64,000 nt of DNA from Clostridia bacterium (GTDB lineage Bacteria > Bacillota > Clostridia > Christensenellales > UBA1242). Positions 1 to 15,000 of this stretch are shown here, piece after piece. The stretch is from positions 77,918 through 141,917 of the forward strand of contig JAFUSR010000004.1 of the NCBI GenBank assembly GCA_017467585.1. Reading direction: 5' to 3'. The notes under the pieces were generated by a model. It was given only the letters and a program-made list of their open reading frames with translations, was not told the DNA's origin and searched no databases. The position numbers and the translations under genes are program-made. Positions within the stretch are counted from its first letter, which is position 1, and every line of letters begins with the position of its first letter.

Positions 1-2
1 AC

Positions 3-3000
3 ACACTTGGCACTGTTAGATTCAGCTATGGTTCAGGTGCAAGCGCTGTTTCTAACACAGTTTCAATGAGTGCAACCACAGGCACATGCACAGGCGACTA
101 TCTTGTTACAACCGCCAACAATCATGTTCCTGCAACCGATGGCGCAACACTCACACTTTCTTATGCAATCACAGCAAACACTTATTCAATTGCATATAAC
201 ACATGGAACGGCACAAGCGTTGCAACAAGCAGCCACACAGTTAACGTTCCTAAAAACTTAACCGCATACGACACAGTTTATGTAAGCATGTCAGCTGCTC
301 AAAAGACAGCAGTTGCTGGCTGGACATTTGTTGGTTGGGACGAGACTGCTCATGGCACCACAAGACTTAGTGCACGCACACTTCTTGCTGACAAGGCGCA
401 AGTTCAAAACAAGAGTTACACCCAAGGTGCAACAGTTAACCTCTACGCAACATACACACCAAACACCTACACAATTTCTTATGTAATCAACGGCGGAACA
501 TTTGGCACAAGCCGTCCAACACAATACACCGTTAGCGAAAGCGCTCAAAACCTTGCAACAGCACTCTCTGCTCCAACAAAAACAGGTTACACCTTTGCTA
601 GTTGGACAAGTTCACTATCTGGCGTAACCGTTAGTGGAACAACAGTTAGTGTTGCGGCTCTTGCAAACGGAAATGTTACACTTTCTGCCAACTGGACAGA
701 AAACACTTATAGCATCACATTTGCCGATGTTTACAACGCATTCACAGTTAAAGTGGCACGCTTTGATGGTTCAAACGCAACAGAATATACTGTTGATAGT
801 TCTCACCTCACAATTTCTGGAATTAGATATACAGACATTGTTGTTGTAGGAACAGAAAGCGTAAACAAGAGAGTGGATGGTTCAACTACAATTAATCCAG
901 CACTCACCAGTACAACAAACCCAACTAGAATTGGTTATGATTGGGGATTTGGAGATAATGGTGGAGGTAAACCAAATGTATTTGATATTTCAAATTGTGG
1001 CAATGCGTATAGATACATGGATAATGTATGGGATGGACCAAGAAGTGTTCAATTAACTGGATATAAAGCTTTCTCAATGCTTAACAGCACCAACGGCGCA
1101 ACCGTTACATTCACTCTTCAATGGACTCCTCGCACAGACACACCATATAAGATTTTGACAAAACTAGAGAAGGTAGACGCAACTGCGGCTTACGACGAAC
1201 TTGCGCTCATCACCTCAACTGGCACAACCGACACAGCAGTTGACTTCAACACAGTTGTTTCGCTCATCAACAGCACTTATGCAAGCGAGCTCACCGGCTT
1301 TAAGATAAGCACAACAAAAGCTCAGTTCGATGCGCAAAACTATCGCATTACAGCGGGAACTGCAACAACCGTTGTTGTTAACTTCATCCGCGAGACCTAC
1401 ACCGCAACAATCACCAACACATATCTCGAACTCGACGGAACCTATTCAACAGGAACAACTGGTGGCGAGGTAACGTCTCCTCAACAATATCGTTATGGCG
1501 AAGCCATGACAGGCCTTGTTGCAAGCACAACCGCAACCGGCTTCTACCTCGACAGAATTGAAGAGGGCTCAACTCAGTTCACAACAAGTTCAACAATGCC
1601 AGCACGCAATGTCAATTTGACCGCACGCTTTGGCAGAAACCAAGCAAAACTCACCGTTGCTAACATTTATCAAGCAATCAACGCTTCTGGCGAACTCAGC
1701 TGGACAGTTGGCAATGTTGGTGGAACAGGCAAGGGCGGCGGAGACTATGCTTATGGCACAGTCATTGCAGAAAAAGTTGCCGTTAACACAACAGCAACAG
1801 GCTTCACATTTGCTGGCTTCTACACATCAACAACAATCACCGACGCAAACAAACTCTCTGCCAGCGACACACTTTTGACAGATAGAACTGTTTATGCAGC
1901 CTTCACAAGAAACAATGTTACAATCACATTTGTTTCAACCGACAAGATTTCAAGCATCACCGTTAACGGAAACGCTGTTAACAACCTTTCATATACGCTC
2001 AAATATGAGCAGGCATATTCGCTTGTTATCACAACCGTTAGCGGCTACACCGCAACAATCAAGAACGCGGCAAACAACTTGCCAGCAGCAACAACCAGAG
2101 CGCTTGCAGGAAATGTGACAGAATACACAATTTCAACAGCTCTTGCAACTGGTGTTACTGCCGAAACAATCACAATCACAACAGCAGCGGCTGATGTTAA
2201 CTACACAGTTTATGTTGTTTCTCAAAACCTCAGCAACGAATATGTTGCAGATTCTGGCACAGTTCGTCAGGCAAAAGCTGACGCAACTGTTGCAATTTCT
2301 GGCCTTGCAACCACAAGGGCACACTATGTGTTCATTGGCCACAAAGACTCTCTCAGCGCAACCGCCGCTGGCCTTTCAAACGCAGCCAACATAACAATTA
2401 ATGGCAACGGAACAACAAAGGTATATCTATATTACAGACTATATGCTTATAGCATTGCCGTTAACGCAACCGGAACAGTTGGCGAAACCAGCCATTCAAT
2501 TTCTGGCACGCTCAGCAACAGCACAACAGCATATTATGGCGACACTCTTGACATAACAATTGTTGTTAAAACAGGCTACACCCTTGGTGCAGTAACTGTT
2601 AATGGCCAAAACGTTTCTGCTGGTGGCGCAGGCACAGTAAACTTTAGCGCCGAACTCACCGGAAACAAAGCTCCTGCAGCCGATGGCGACACTCTTGCAA
2701 TTGCTTATGCAATAACAGCCGACACATTCACCATTGCTTATGCTGCAAACAAACCAGCAACAGCCACAAACGACGTTACTGGCTCAACCGCAAGTCAAAC
2801 AGCAACCTACAATGCCGCTCTCACAAGCCGCGCAAACGGCTTCAGCCTCAAGGGTTGGTCATTCACTGGCTGGAACACCGCCGCAAATGGCAGTGGAACA
2901 GCAGTTGGCGCAAACAGCAGCATTGCCATTTCAACAATCAACAGTTGGTATGGCGAAACTGGCGTTGGCAAAAACGGCACAAAGACACTCTATGCTCAAT

Positions 3001-6000
3001 GGACAGCAAAGAAATATAATATTACTGTTTATGCATATGACAAAACAACCATTGTTGAAACATATTCAAAAGTTCTTGAATTTGACACAAGTTACGAGGG
3101 TGTTAAACTTATCAACAACCTTTCTAAATATGCTAGAGTAGGTTACACCTTAGTTAAGTTCTATACCCATGAATCAGGTGCTAGATCAAAAGAAATGATT
3201 GATGCAAATGGTTATGCAATACCAAATGCAGTAAACGGCAATGGAACAACAATCTTTAACGCAAATAGTGTGTTCATTGTTGAAACAGATGTTATTGTTG
3301 ATGCAACTTACACTGCAAACAGTTACACACTCACTCTCGACGGAAACGGCGGAACAGTTGGCAGCAACACAACCTCAACAAAGAGTGTTGTTTATGGTCA
3401 AACTTACACCGACCTTCCAACACCAACCCGCACAGGTTACACCTTCGGCGGCTGGTATTACGACGTAACCGGCTCAAAATATATCAACCTTGGCCGTGAA
3501 TATATGTACACCAACAAACTCAGTGTACATGCAATGGCTTACAGCGAAAATTGGGCAAATTATGGTCCGTATACTTATTCTCGCATGCTTTCATCAACGG
3601 CTAGTGGTGGTTTCTCATTGGGTGGTGAAGACTCAGCAGGACGAATAATTTTTGAAATTTGTGCAAATGGAGGGTATAAGGCTTTTGCCTACGATGTAAC
3701 CAGCTTATCTGCTGGCTGGCACACATTTGACCTTGTTTATACTGGCTCAGTTCTCTATGGCTATGTTGACGGAGTGCAGGTTGGTTCAAGAAATGTTGGT
3801 TCATACCCAATTGTTTACAACGCAACCAACTCGATTTTTGTTGGCGCGGAAGCTAGCACCAGCCCAACTTCACCAGAATCAGTCGCTGAAAATAGTGGTT
3901 TTGTTGGAAATGTTATCATTTCAAACACAGACACAAGAATTGCTCACAACAACAACACAATCACTGCGCCTGCACAAAATGCTACACTTTATGCAAGATG
4001 GACAGCCGACACTTACACCGTTGCATACAACAGCAACAAGCCAGCGCAAGCCTTCACTTCTGTTAGCGGAACAGCCGCTAACCAAACAGCAACCTACGAC
4101 GCAGCACTCACAGCACGTGGTGCGCTTAGCCTCACAGGCTTCACTTTCGCCGGCTGGAACACAAAAGCCGACGGCACAGGCTCTAACTACGCCGCAGGCG
4201 GCACAATAACAGCTGCAACAATCAACAGCTGGTATGCAGAGTCTGGCGTGGGCAAGGGCGGCACAAAGACACTCTATGCTAAGTGGACAGAAAACACTTA
4301 TAACATTACATTTGCGAGCGTATATAATGCGTTCACCGTTAAAGTTGCTCGTTATGATGGTTCAAACCCAACAGAATATACTGTTGATAGTTCTCACTTG
4401 ACAATTTCTGGAATTAGATTTACAGACATTGTGGTTACGGGAACTGCAAACGTAAGCAAGAGAATAGACAACTCAACCGCAATTAGCCCAGCACTCACAA
4501 CCACAACTGCTCCAAGTAGAACAGGCTATAGACTTGGTAATAAAGACAATGAAAATGTAAGGTATGAACATACAAACTATAATCCAGAAACGAGAAGGTG
4601 GACTTGGCAAACTGATGCAGAATGGACAGTTAATGCTGCCAACTCTAATACAGGATGCATGGCATTTGTTGGATTATGTGTAAATAATGGAGATACAACT
4701 ACATTAACAATTAAATGGGCTCCAATCACCTACAACGTTGTGTTCAACAAGAACGCAGCTAGCGTTGGCCACACCGACAGTCAAGTTTCTGGCACAATGG
4801 CTAACCAAACCCACACTTACGACGCAAGCCTTGCACTTTCTGCAAACACTTATGCGCTTTCTGGCTACACATTTGTTGGTTGGAACACAGCAGCTAACGG
4901 CACAGGCACACACTATGCCGACAAAGCTTCTGTGAAGAACTTGTCTTCAACCAAAAATGCAAACTTCAACCTTTACGCAGAGTGGCGCGCTAACTATTAT
5001 GCAATTTCTGTTGTTGCAAACGGCGGAACACTCACATTCGCTCATGGCACAAGCAGCACATATTCTGTTAGCACAACAGGCACACTCTATGCAAAATTCG
5101 ACAGCACAAACTTATATTACGCAACAACCAAGCCAAACTATGTTGGCGACGGAACAACCGTTAGCCAAGTTTCTGGCTATACCTCAGCTAAAACAGGTTA
5201 TAGCTTTGTAACTCTTGGCAACGAAACCTATTATGTTGCTGCTGCAAGCGGCACAATTACAAATGCAAGCGGCGCAAGCAAGGCTTACACCACAGCTGGC
5301 GCAAGCACATTTGAAGCAAATTGGTCAATCAACCAATATACACTTTCAATTGTTAACCGCTATCAAACAACAACCTACACAAGCGGCGCACTCACCTGGG
5401 CAACCGGCGAAACCGGTGGCCACGGAACAGGCGCAGGAAAATATAACTATCACACAAAACTTTCAACAGTCATCGGAAACGTTACCGAAACAGGCTTCAC
5501 ATTTGCCGGATTCTACACCACAACAACCATCACCGACGCAAACAAACTCTCAGAAGACGCTGTTCTCGAAGACGCCGACCTGACTATCTATGCTGCGTTC
5601 TATCGCAACAGCTATTCTATTAGCGTTTCTGGCCTTAACGCAGTAACCACAACCGGAACAAGCAGCACAAGCCTTGTTGCTGCTGGCGGCTCGGCAAACG
5701 GCGCTCCAAACGGCGCAAAAGTTTATTACGGCGACACAGTAACCTTCACAATTGCAAGCAAAGAGGGTTATACCTTTGCTAGTGCAACCGTTAATGGCGT
5801 GGCTCTTACCATGTCTGCAGTAAGCGGACAAACCCGCACCCACAGCGGAAGCTTTGTTGTTAGCGGAAACAAGATTCCTGCTTCGGGCAACACAATCACC
5901 TTGACATATGTTGTAAACGCAAACCCATATAAGGTTGCTTACAACACATGGAACGGAACAAAGGTTGCCGAAAGCGATCATGTTGTGAACGTTCCTAAGA

Positions 6001-9000
6001 ATCTCACAACCTATGCCGCAATCAACGCCCTAAATAACAACGCAAACGTTCTTGTTGTTAATGGTTGGGACTTCGCTGGTTGGGCAACAACCGCTCACAA
6101 CTCTTCAAGAATGGGCACTGTTGTTTACACCGACGGAAAACAAGTTACCGACCTCACCAAAACAGCAAACGCAGTTGTTAACCTCTATGCAACCTACACA
6201 GCAAAATCTTATGCAATTAGCTATGCGCTCGCTGGCGGAACAGCCGGAACAACAGCTCCAACTTCTTACACAGTTAACGAGAGCTCAGCTCAAAACTTGA
6301 CTCTTAGCGAGCCAACCAGAACGGGTTACACCTTCACTGGCTGGACTTCTAGCAAGAACTCAAGCGGAATTGCAAACATTGCAAAGGGAGCAGGCAAGAT
6401 TGTTATTGCTGCGCTCACTTATGGCGACGTTACACTCACCGCAACTTGGGCTGCAAACTATTATGTTGTTAACATTGACCTTAACAGTGGCAACAGCATG
6501 ACATTTGCATATTCTGGCGGAAGCTACGCATTCGACGGCAGCGCCACAAGCAAGATTTACACCCGCTATGCAAGCAACAAGTTCTTCTATGCTGCAACAG
6601 CTCCAACATATGTTGGCGACGGCAAAACAGTTAACGAAATCACAAGCATCAGCGCTGCAAGAACTGGCTACACAGTTGTTGGAATGGCTCTTGGCTCAAC
6701 CAACGTAACATATTCTAGCGCAACACTTGCCAGCGCATTTGCAGCAACATCTTCTGCAACACTCAAACCAACCTGGGCTGCAAACTTCTATCACCTTGCA
6801 ATTGACCTTGCAAGCGGAAACAAACTTGTGTTTGCATTTGAAGGCGGCTCATATGAGCTCACCACTAACATTGCAGCCGCAAACAGCAAACTCTATGCTC
6901 TTTACGACAGCAACACACTTTATTATTCAGACACAGCGCTCAGCTATAACCTTGGCGTCAGCCCTAAGGCAATCAGCGGCATCAGCGGAACAAGAACAGG
7001 TTACACCCTCAGTGGTGCAAACGTTGGTTCAATTGCTGCCACTCTTGCAACAGGCAAGCTCGCAAGCGCATATAAAACCGCAGCTGCTGGTTCTGTTGCC
7101 GCAACATGGCAAATCAACAGCTACACACTCACCGTTAACAACCAATATATGAACCTTTCTGGCGCATATGTTAACGGAACAACCGGTGGTTATGTTGGAA
7201 GCAACGCAACCGCCCACAACAAAACACAATACACCGCTCAGGTTAACTACAACACAAGCCTTGAGTCTTATTTGACAGCACACGCTGCCACAGGCTTCTC
7301 TTTGGCTCAAATTGTAACAGCATCTGGAACAACTTACACAACAAGCAGCAAGATGCCAGCAAACGCTCTCACACTCTACGCTAAGTTCAGCAGAAATGTT
7401 TATACAGTTTCTGCAACTGGCTACACACAGAGCCTTGCAAACGCCGTTAACGGTGTTGCCACCTACGACGTTGCAACAACTGCAAGCATTGGTGGAACAT
7501 TTGCCCGCAACACAAGTGTTACTGCATATTATGGTCAGTCAATCGCAAACCTTTATAACGTAACTCCTGCCACCGGCTTTGACTATGCCGAGGTTGTTGG
7601 AAAGAGTGGTGTTACAAATGGCACAATCACTGGCAACGCAACACTCGAAATTCATTTCACAAGAAAGGTTGTCGAGGTTGACCTCAGCTATAACACAAAA
7701 TACATCAACGGAACAGGCGTAACGCTTGAAAACGACGGCGTTAAGGTTGTAACCGCAAACAAGAAATATCTCATCGCATTTGGCGCGAGAGCGCTCTTGA
7801 CCGTGGTAACTCAAAAGGGTTACGACGTTGAAGACGTCAAGTTCAACAACACAAGATATCAAGAAATGAGCAACTGGGTTCAAAGCGAATATAACCAGAC
7901 TTACGACAACTATATCTACACTTATGAAATTGTGTTCGACAGCGTTTATACAACTGTTCTTGCCATCGACATTTCAGGCAAGGCAAACAGCAACATGCCA
8001 TATCAAGTGTTCGCCGAATATCAAAACGTTGCGCAAAACGGCTTCGACGAAACAAGCGTGGGTTCGTTTACTGGTGCATCTGATCAAATAATCACAATTT
8101 CTAGCATCATTTCTGCAAGAAACCTTGCGCGCGAAGGCTTTACTTACGCCGGATTTAAAGAAAACAAAACAGCTTCTAGCTATTCTTCTGGCGAATCAAT
8201 AACAATTTCAAACCAAGGCGATTCAAAAGTATACATTTACTTCACACGCGACACTTATAACGTAACATTTACCAACTATGGCGTTGCAAACGACGGCTTA
8301 ACAAGTTACGAACTTAAAACTGTTGGCAGTGGCGTAATCTATAACAGCTCAACCGGCGCCTACAGCGTTGTGTTTGGCGCAAACGTTACATTTGCTGCTG
8401 TTATCAAAGCAGGTTACAACCTTGCCAAGATCACAGTGGACAGCACTGGCACAGCCCGTGATGTAACAAGCCCATTCACATTCAACGTAACTGTTCCAAC
8501 CGTTTCAAACAAGACCTACAAAATTGGCATCTACGTTTATGCAAACCCATACACAATCACACTCACTCAAGACGGAACTGGCGTTAAACCAAGCAACATG
8601 ACTGCTTCAATCACCAAGGGTGCCGAGACTCACAATGTTAACTTTAACGTTGTTGTTTCGAGCTTAGCTAGTGTTCCAACCGTTTCACCTGCTGGATGGG
8701 TGTTTGCCGGATATTATTCAGACAAACTTGGCGCAGGAACAAAAGTGTTCAACGCCGATGGCTCTGTTGTTGCAAACGCTTCGGGCTTCACCGCAAGCAG
8801 CAAGTGGGCAAAGGCCGGTGCAGCCACACTCTACGCTCACTACACACCAAAGACCTATTCGGTTGAATATTATGCATACAACGGCGGAAATGCCCTCAAG
8901 ACCGACACATTCACCTACGACGCTGGTGGAAACCTTTCTGCTGCAAGCACAATGAGTGCACTCACCATTGCAGGCTTCAACTTTAAGGGTTGGGCAACCG

Positions 9001-12000
9001 CAAGCGGAACAAGCCGCCTTGGCGACATTGTTTACACAAATGGTCAAGCCTTTGGCAACAAAACAACAACTCAAGGCCAAGTTTATAAACTATACGCTCG
9101 CTACACCGCAGCATCATATTCAATCACCTATGCTCTAAATGGTGGAACTCATGGCGCAACACACCCAGCAAGCTACACCGTTAGTGAGTCTGCTCAAGAA
9201 CTCACACTCAGTGCTCCAAGCAGAACAGGTTACACCTTTGCTGGCTGGTCTAGCGACAAGACAGGCAGCGGCGTTCCTAACATTTCTGCAAGCGCAGGAA
9301 AGATTTCTATTGCCGCACTCACTTCTGGCAACTTGACACTCTCTGCCAACTGGACAGCGAAAACATATAGGTTATATTGGAACGCAAATGGTGGAACATA
9401 TAACAACACCGGCTGGGGCTCTCAATGGAAAGCAGAAAACGGAGTATATTACTTGGCCGTAACATACGACGTTGTTACAACCAGCTATTTGAGTCTTAGT
9501 AGTAGTAATAATGTAACAAGAACAGGTTACACTGGCACAGGCTGGTTCACTGCAGCAAGTGGCGGAACAAAAATTCACAATGGTGCAACCACAGATGGTT
9601 ATGTTGCAAACACCATATTATTCGATGCAAACAAGAAGTGGATTTATGACGGCAACTACACAATCTATGCTCAATGGACTGCTAACACCTATACAATCAC
9701 ACTTGACGTAAATGGTGGAAATGCTCTTTCATCAAACACAAAGAGTGTAACATATGGACAAACATATACTGACCTTCCAACCCCAACCCGCACAGGCTAC
9801 ACCTTTGGCGGCTGGTATTACGACGTTTCAGATGCAACCAAATATGTCAACATGGGTCGTGAATATATGTATACAAACAAGATTAGTATACATGCAATGG
9901 CTTATAGTGATAACTGGGCAAACTATGGCCCAACTTACACCGATTCAACAGTGGTATCATGTACAGAAACAGGTGGCTTCACTATTGGTGGTGGTGGAAG
10001 CGCAAAGGGGAGAGTAATATTCTCGGTTTATGCAAATGGTTCTTATAGAACTTATACATACAATGCAAGCAGTTTATCTGCTGGTTGGCATACCTTTGAC
10101 CTTGTTTACACTGGTTCTGTTGTTTATGCATATGTAGATGGAACACAAGTTGGAACAGTAAATGTTGGCACATACCCAATTGTTTATAACGCAACCAACT
10201 CAATCTTTGTTGGTGCGGAAACAAGTTCAAGTGCAACGGGTGTTGAATCAGGCTGTGCAAATTCAGGCTTTGTTGGAAATGTTATCATTTCAAACACAGA
10301 CACAAGAATTGCTCACAACAACAATGCAATCACTGCTCCTGCACAAAATGCAACACTCAAAGCTCGTTGGATACCAAACCCATACACCTTGACTCTCACT
10401 CAAGACGGAACTGGCGTTAAACCAAGCAAGATGAGCAGCACAATTTCTGCCGGCACTGCAAGCGTTAACCAAACTTATGACGCAGACTTTGTTAAACCAA
10501 GCACTCTTCCTAGCGCAGCAGGTTGGAGCTTTGCTGGTTACTACACCGACAAACTCGGCGCAGGCACAAAAGTTCTTAACGCCGACGGAACACGCAACAC
10601 AGCCGTTACAACCTACATTAACGCATCTAACAAGTGGGTTTATGCAAACAACCTCACACTCTACGCTCACTACACTCAAAACAGCTATGGCGTTACATTT
10701 GTTGGCAACTTCACTGGTTCAACCAGTGCAACATTGCCAAGTCCAAACCCAGCAAGCTTAACCTTTGACAACGTTGTCAGCGGAACCTACACCGCATCTG
10801 CCAAGGGCTACACCTTTGGTGGTTGGTACGCCGAAGCCGGTTGCACAAACCAAATCTTTGGCGCAAACGGAAAGGTTATTGCCGGAAAGACCGTTTCTGG
10901 CACAAAATATACCGGAGCAAACGGCGAGTGGGTTAAGGCATCGGCTACAAACCTTTACGCTAAGTGGACAGCCAACACAATCACCATAACTCTAAACAAC
11001 GGCAGCCTTGCTTATGCAACACCAAGCGCAAACAGCACAACAACTGCCACATTTGACCAAGCCAAGAGCGTAACTCCACCAACAGTCAGCCCAGCAGGCT
11101 ACACCTTTGGCGGATATTACCTCGAAAGTGGCTTGTCAACACAACTCTTCACCGCAGCTGGCGCACTTGTTAAAAACGTTAGCAAGAGTGGAGTTGCTTA
11201 CACATCTAACACCGACACAGTTAAGTGGATTTTCGACAACACCGACCACGCACTGACTGTTTATGCTAAGTGGACAGCAAATTCTTACACAATCACCTTC
11301 AACACCAACTACGAAACCTACGAGGTTGTTGGCGTAACCACCGCAAGTCAAACAGTCAATTCAAAAGCCGTAACCTTTGGCACAACAGCCATAACCTTTG
11401 CAACAGCTCCTGTTGCAACCTGCGACGCAGTTGGTTATGACTTCCTTGGCTATTACACTCAAAAGACTCAAGGAATCAAGCTGTTCAACACCGACGGCTC
11501 AATGGTTACAACTGGCGACGCAGCCGCATATTTCGCAGCAAGCGGCAACAACGTTTATTACAAACACGCTGGCAACATAACCGTTTACGCTCATTGGAAC
11601 GTTAAGAGCTTTACTCTTACATACGCTTCTAACAAGCCAGCAAACGCTTCTGGCGGAATTGTTACCGTTGGCACAGCAAGTCAAACAATTTCGTTTGTCG
11701 ACACATTCACTGTGGCAAACGCAACCAACATGTTCACACTCACCGGTTGGAGACTAACCGGTTGGACAGCGAGCGACGGAAAGACCTATACATTTGGTCA
11801 ATCTGTTCAATATCTCGACCACAACTTAACCCTGACTGCTGTTTGGGCAGCCAACACCTACACAGTTGTGTTCAACTCAAACAAACCAAGCGACGCAAGC
11901 TCAGACGTTACCGGAACAATGGCAAACGAGAGCTTTACTTACGACGCTGGCGGAAAGGCGCTCACCGCAAACGCATTTGCCATCACAGGCTGGACGTTTG

Positions 12001-15000
12001 GTGGCTGGGCAACAACCGCAACCGGAACAAAGGTTTATAATGACAAACAAAGCGTTTCAAACCTCACAAGCACTCATGGAGCAACAATCAACCTCTATGC
12101 AATTTGGAGCGCAAATTCATACACAGTTAGCTTCGCAGCAAACGGCGGAACAATCACATGGCAAGACTCAACAAAAACCACAATAGCGGCAAAATATGAC
12201 GTCGTTTACCAAATTTCGACAATAGTTTCGTCAATTGCGCGCACTGGTTACACCTTCACCGGTTGGAAGATAACCGCCGGCCTAAACGCAGAAACAGCCA
12301 AGAGCGGAACAAGCGCAAGCGCAGTAACAACCGCAATTGCCGCAAGCACATTGCTTCCAACCGCAAGCTACTTCAAGAATATCACTCCAACAAATAGCAC
12401 AGCGGTTACATTCACCGCTCAGTGGAGCGCAAACTCTTACACAGTTAACTTCGCAGCAAACGGCGGAACAATTTCGTGGAAGACAAGTGGCGTAACCACA
12501 ATTTCGGCAAAATACGACACCGAATATCAAATTTCGGCATATGTTTCTGGAATTTCACGCACAGGCTACACCTTCCGCGGATTCAAGGTTACTGCAGGAC
12601 TCAACACCTCAACCGCTAAATATGGCACGGCATCTGGCAGCGTAACCACAGCAATTGCTGCAACAACCTTGCTTTCAACTTCACACTACATCAAAAATAT
12701 CAACCCAACAAATGGCGCAAGCGTAACCCTCACTGCAGAGTGGAGCGCAAACTATTACGCAATCACAATTGCCCTCAACAGCGGCAGCAAAATCGACTTT
12801 ACTTATGGCTCAAGCACCTACAGCGCAACCGCAAACGGCGTGAGCGACAGAATTTACGCAAAATATAACTCAACCGAGCTATACTTCTCGTCTGCTTCTC
12901 CAGTTTACGACGGCGACGGCAAGGCCGTAACCAAAGTAACCAAAATACTCGCAACACGCACGGGCTACACCAACACTGGCGCAAGCCTTGGCTCAATTGG
13001 TGTTAACATTTCAACCGGTGCTCTTGCTAGCGCCTACGCAACTGCCGGAACAAGCACACTCACACCAGCGTGGGCAGCAAAATATTATGCAATAACAGTG
13101 GACGCAAACGGCGGCTCATTGACCTTCTCTTATGGAACAAGCTCAACCTACACAGTAACCACCGCAAACGGCACAATTTATGCGCAATATAACAGCAACA
13201 AACTTTATTACGCCGCAGCAAACCCAGTTTATGCTGGCTATGCATCAAGCGGAAACGCAGTTGCTTACGAAATTTCGGGCATCACAAACTCAAGAACTGG
13301 CTACACCTTGACAAGCCTTAGCGGCACTGGCGCAACAGTTGACGTAACCACTGGCGCAGCCGCAAAAGTTCTTCACTCGGCTTACATAACCGATGGGGCA
13401 GGCAGCCTCACCGCCGGCTGGACAGCAAATGTCATCACCGTTACTCTCAACAACCAAAGTGCAACAAGTGCTGGCACAACAACTGTTTATTATCGTTATC
13501 AAACAGCCGAGTATTACACAACATACTCAAATGGCACACTTTCTAACAAGATAACCTCAATCACAAAGCCAACACGCAATGGCTATGCCTTTGGTGGTTA
13601 CTTTAAGTCAACTGGCGGCAGCGGAACACAATATATCGCAGCCGATGGCGGCTTCATGAACAACATGTATAGTTCAGAAAGCGCAAACCTCACACTTTAC
13701 GCTAAGTGGACACCATATAAGTTGACAATTCGTTATCACCTTAATGGTGGAACAGCAGTTACAGGAAATGATGGTGGATTCTCCAATAGCGACCCATCAG
13801 CGAGCGATGTTTATAACTATGGCGCATCTATGTATGACTATGGTTTAACTGATGCAAATTCTAGCAGAGTAACTCGCACTGGTTACACAATTAAATCTGG
13901 TGCAAACATGTATAACACCAAAGCTAATGGCAGTGGCGTTAACATTTCTTGCGACATTCAATACACAATCGGTGGAGCAAGCAACGACATTTTGGCACTC
14001 ACCGGAACAAACATGAACACCGGCAACGCAACTCTCGACATCTATGCTCAATGGACCGCAAACACTTACACTGTTACGGTTGATGCAAATGGCGGAACAA
14101 TTCCGGCAACCAGTGGCTGGACAGTGGCTTCTGGCAGCGCAACCGCAACCAAGAGCGTAACTTACGACGCAGCCTATGGCACTCTGCCTTCACCAACCCG
14201 CACAGGTTACACCTTCCTCGGCTGGCGCGGTAAGAACTTATTGAATATCAACGACATGTTGAATAGTGCTCTTGTTTCTAATGGGGACGGCACTTACACA
14301 ATCACAAAAGGTTCTGAACGAATTTCAGGCTCAACAGCTTATGATATACCAGGTGAAACACATATCGTTGTTTCATTGGTAATTGATGCACAGAATAATT
14401 CGCTTAGTACATATTGGCTTGATGCTGAAGGAAAAGACTATTATCCAGGTTTGTCTTGGACAATTCCTAGTGGCAAGACCATGAAAACTTTCAGAATATA
14501 TAAAGAAGCTTCATTTGCAGCAGGCTCATACACAACATTCCACAACTTGATGCTTGAAATTGGCGACACAGCAACTGCCTATGAACGTTATTACGTTCTT
14601 GGCACAGACCCTGTTCACCAGGCTAAAAACCACACACTCACTGCGGCATGGGCAGCAAACAAATATAGCGTTGTGTTTAACGCCAACAAGCCAGCACAAG
14701 CCTTCACTTCTGTTAGTGGAACAATGGCTAACCAAAGCTTCACTTACAACGAAGCCGCAAAGGCACTCACCGCAAATGCATATAGCCTCACAGGCTTCAC
14801 ATTTGCCGGTTGGAACACAGCAGCCAACGGCAGCGGCACAGCATATGCCGACAAGGCAAGCGTCCGCAACCTGACCGCCAGCGCAAACGGAACAGTTAAC
14901 CTCTACGCTCAGTGGACCGAAAACACCTATAACATAACCTTCGCCAGCGTTTATAACGAATTTAAGGTTGTTGTTGCAAGATATGACGGAACAAGTCCAA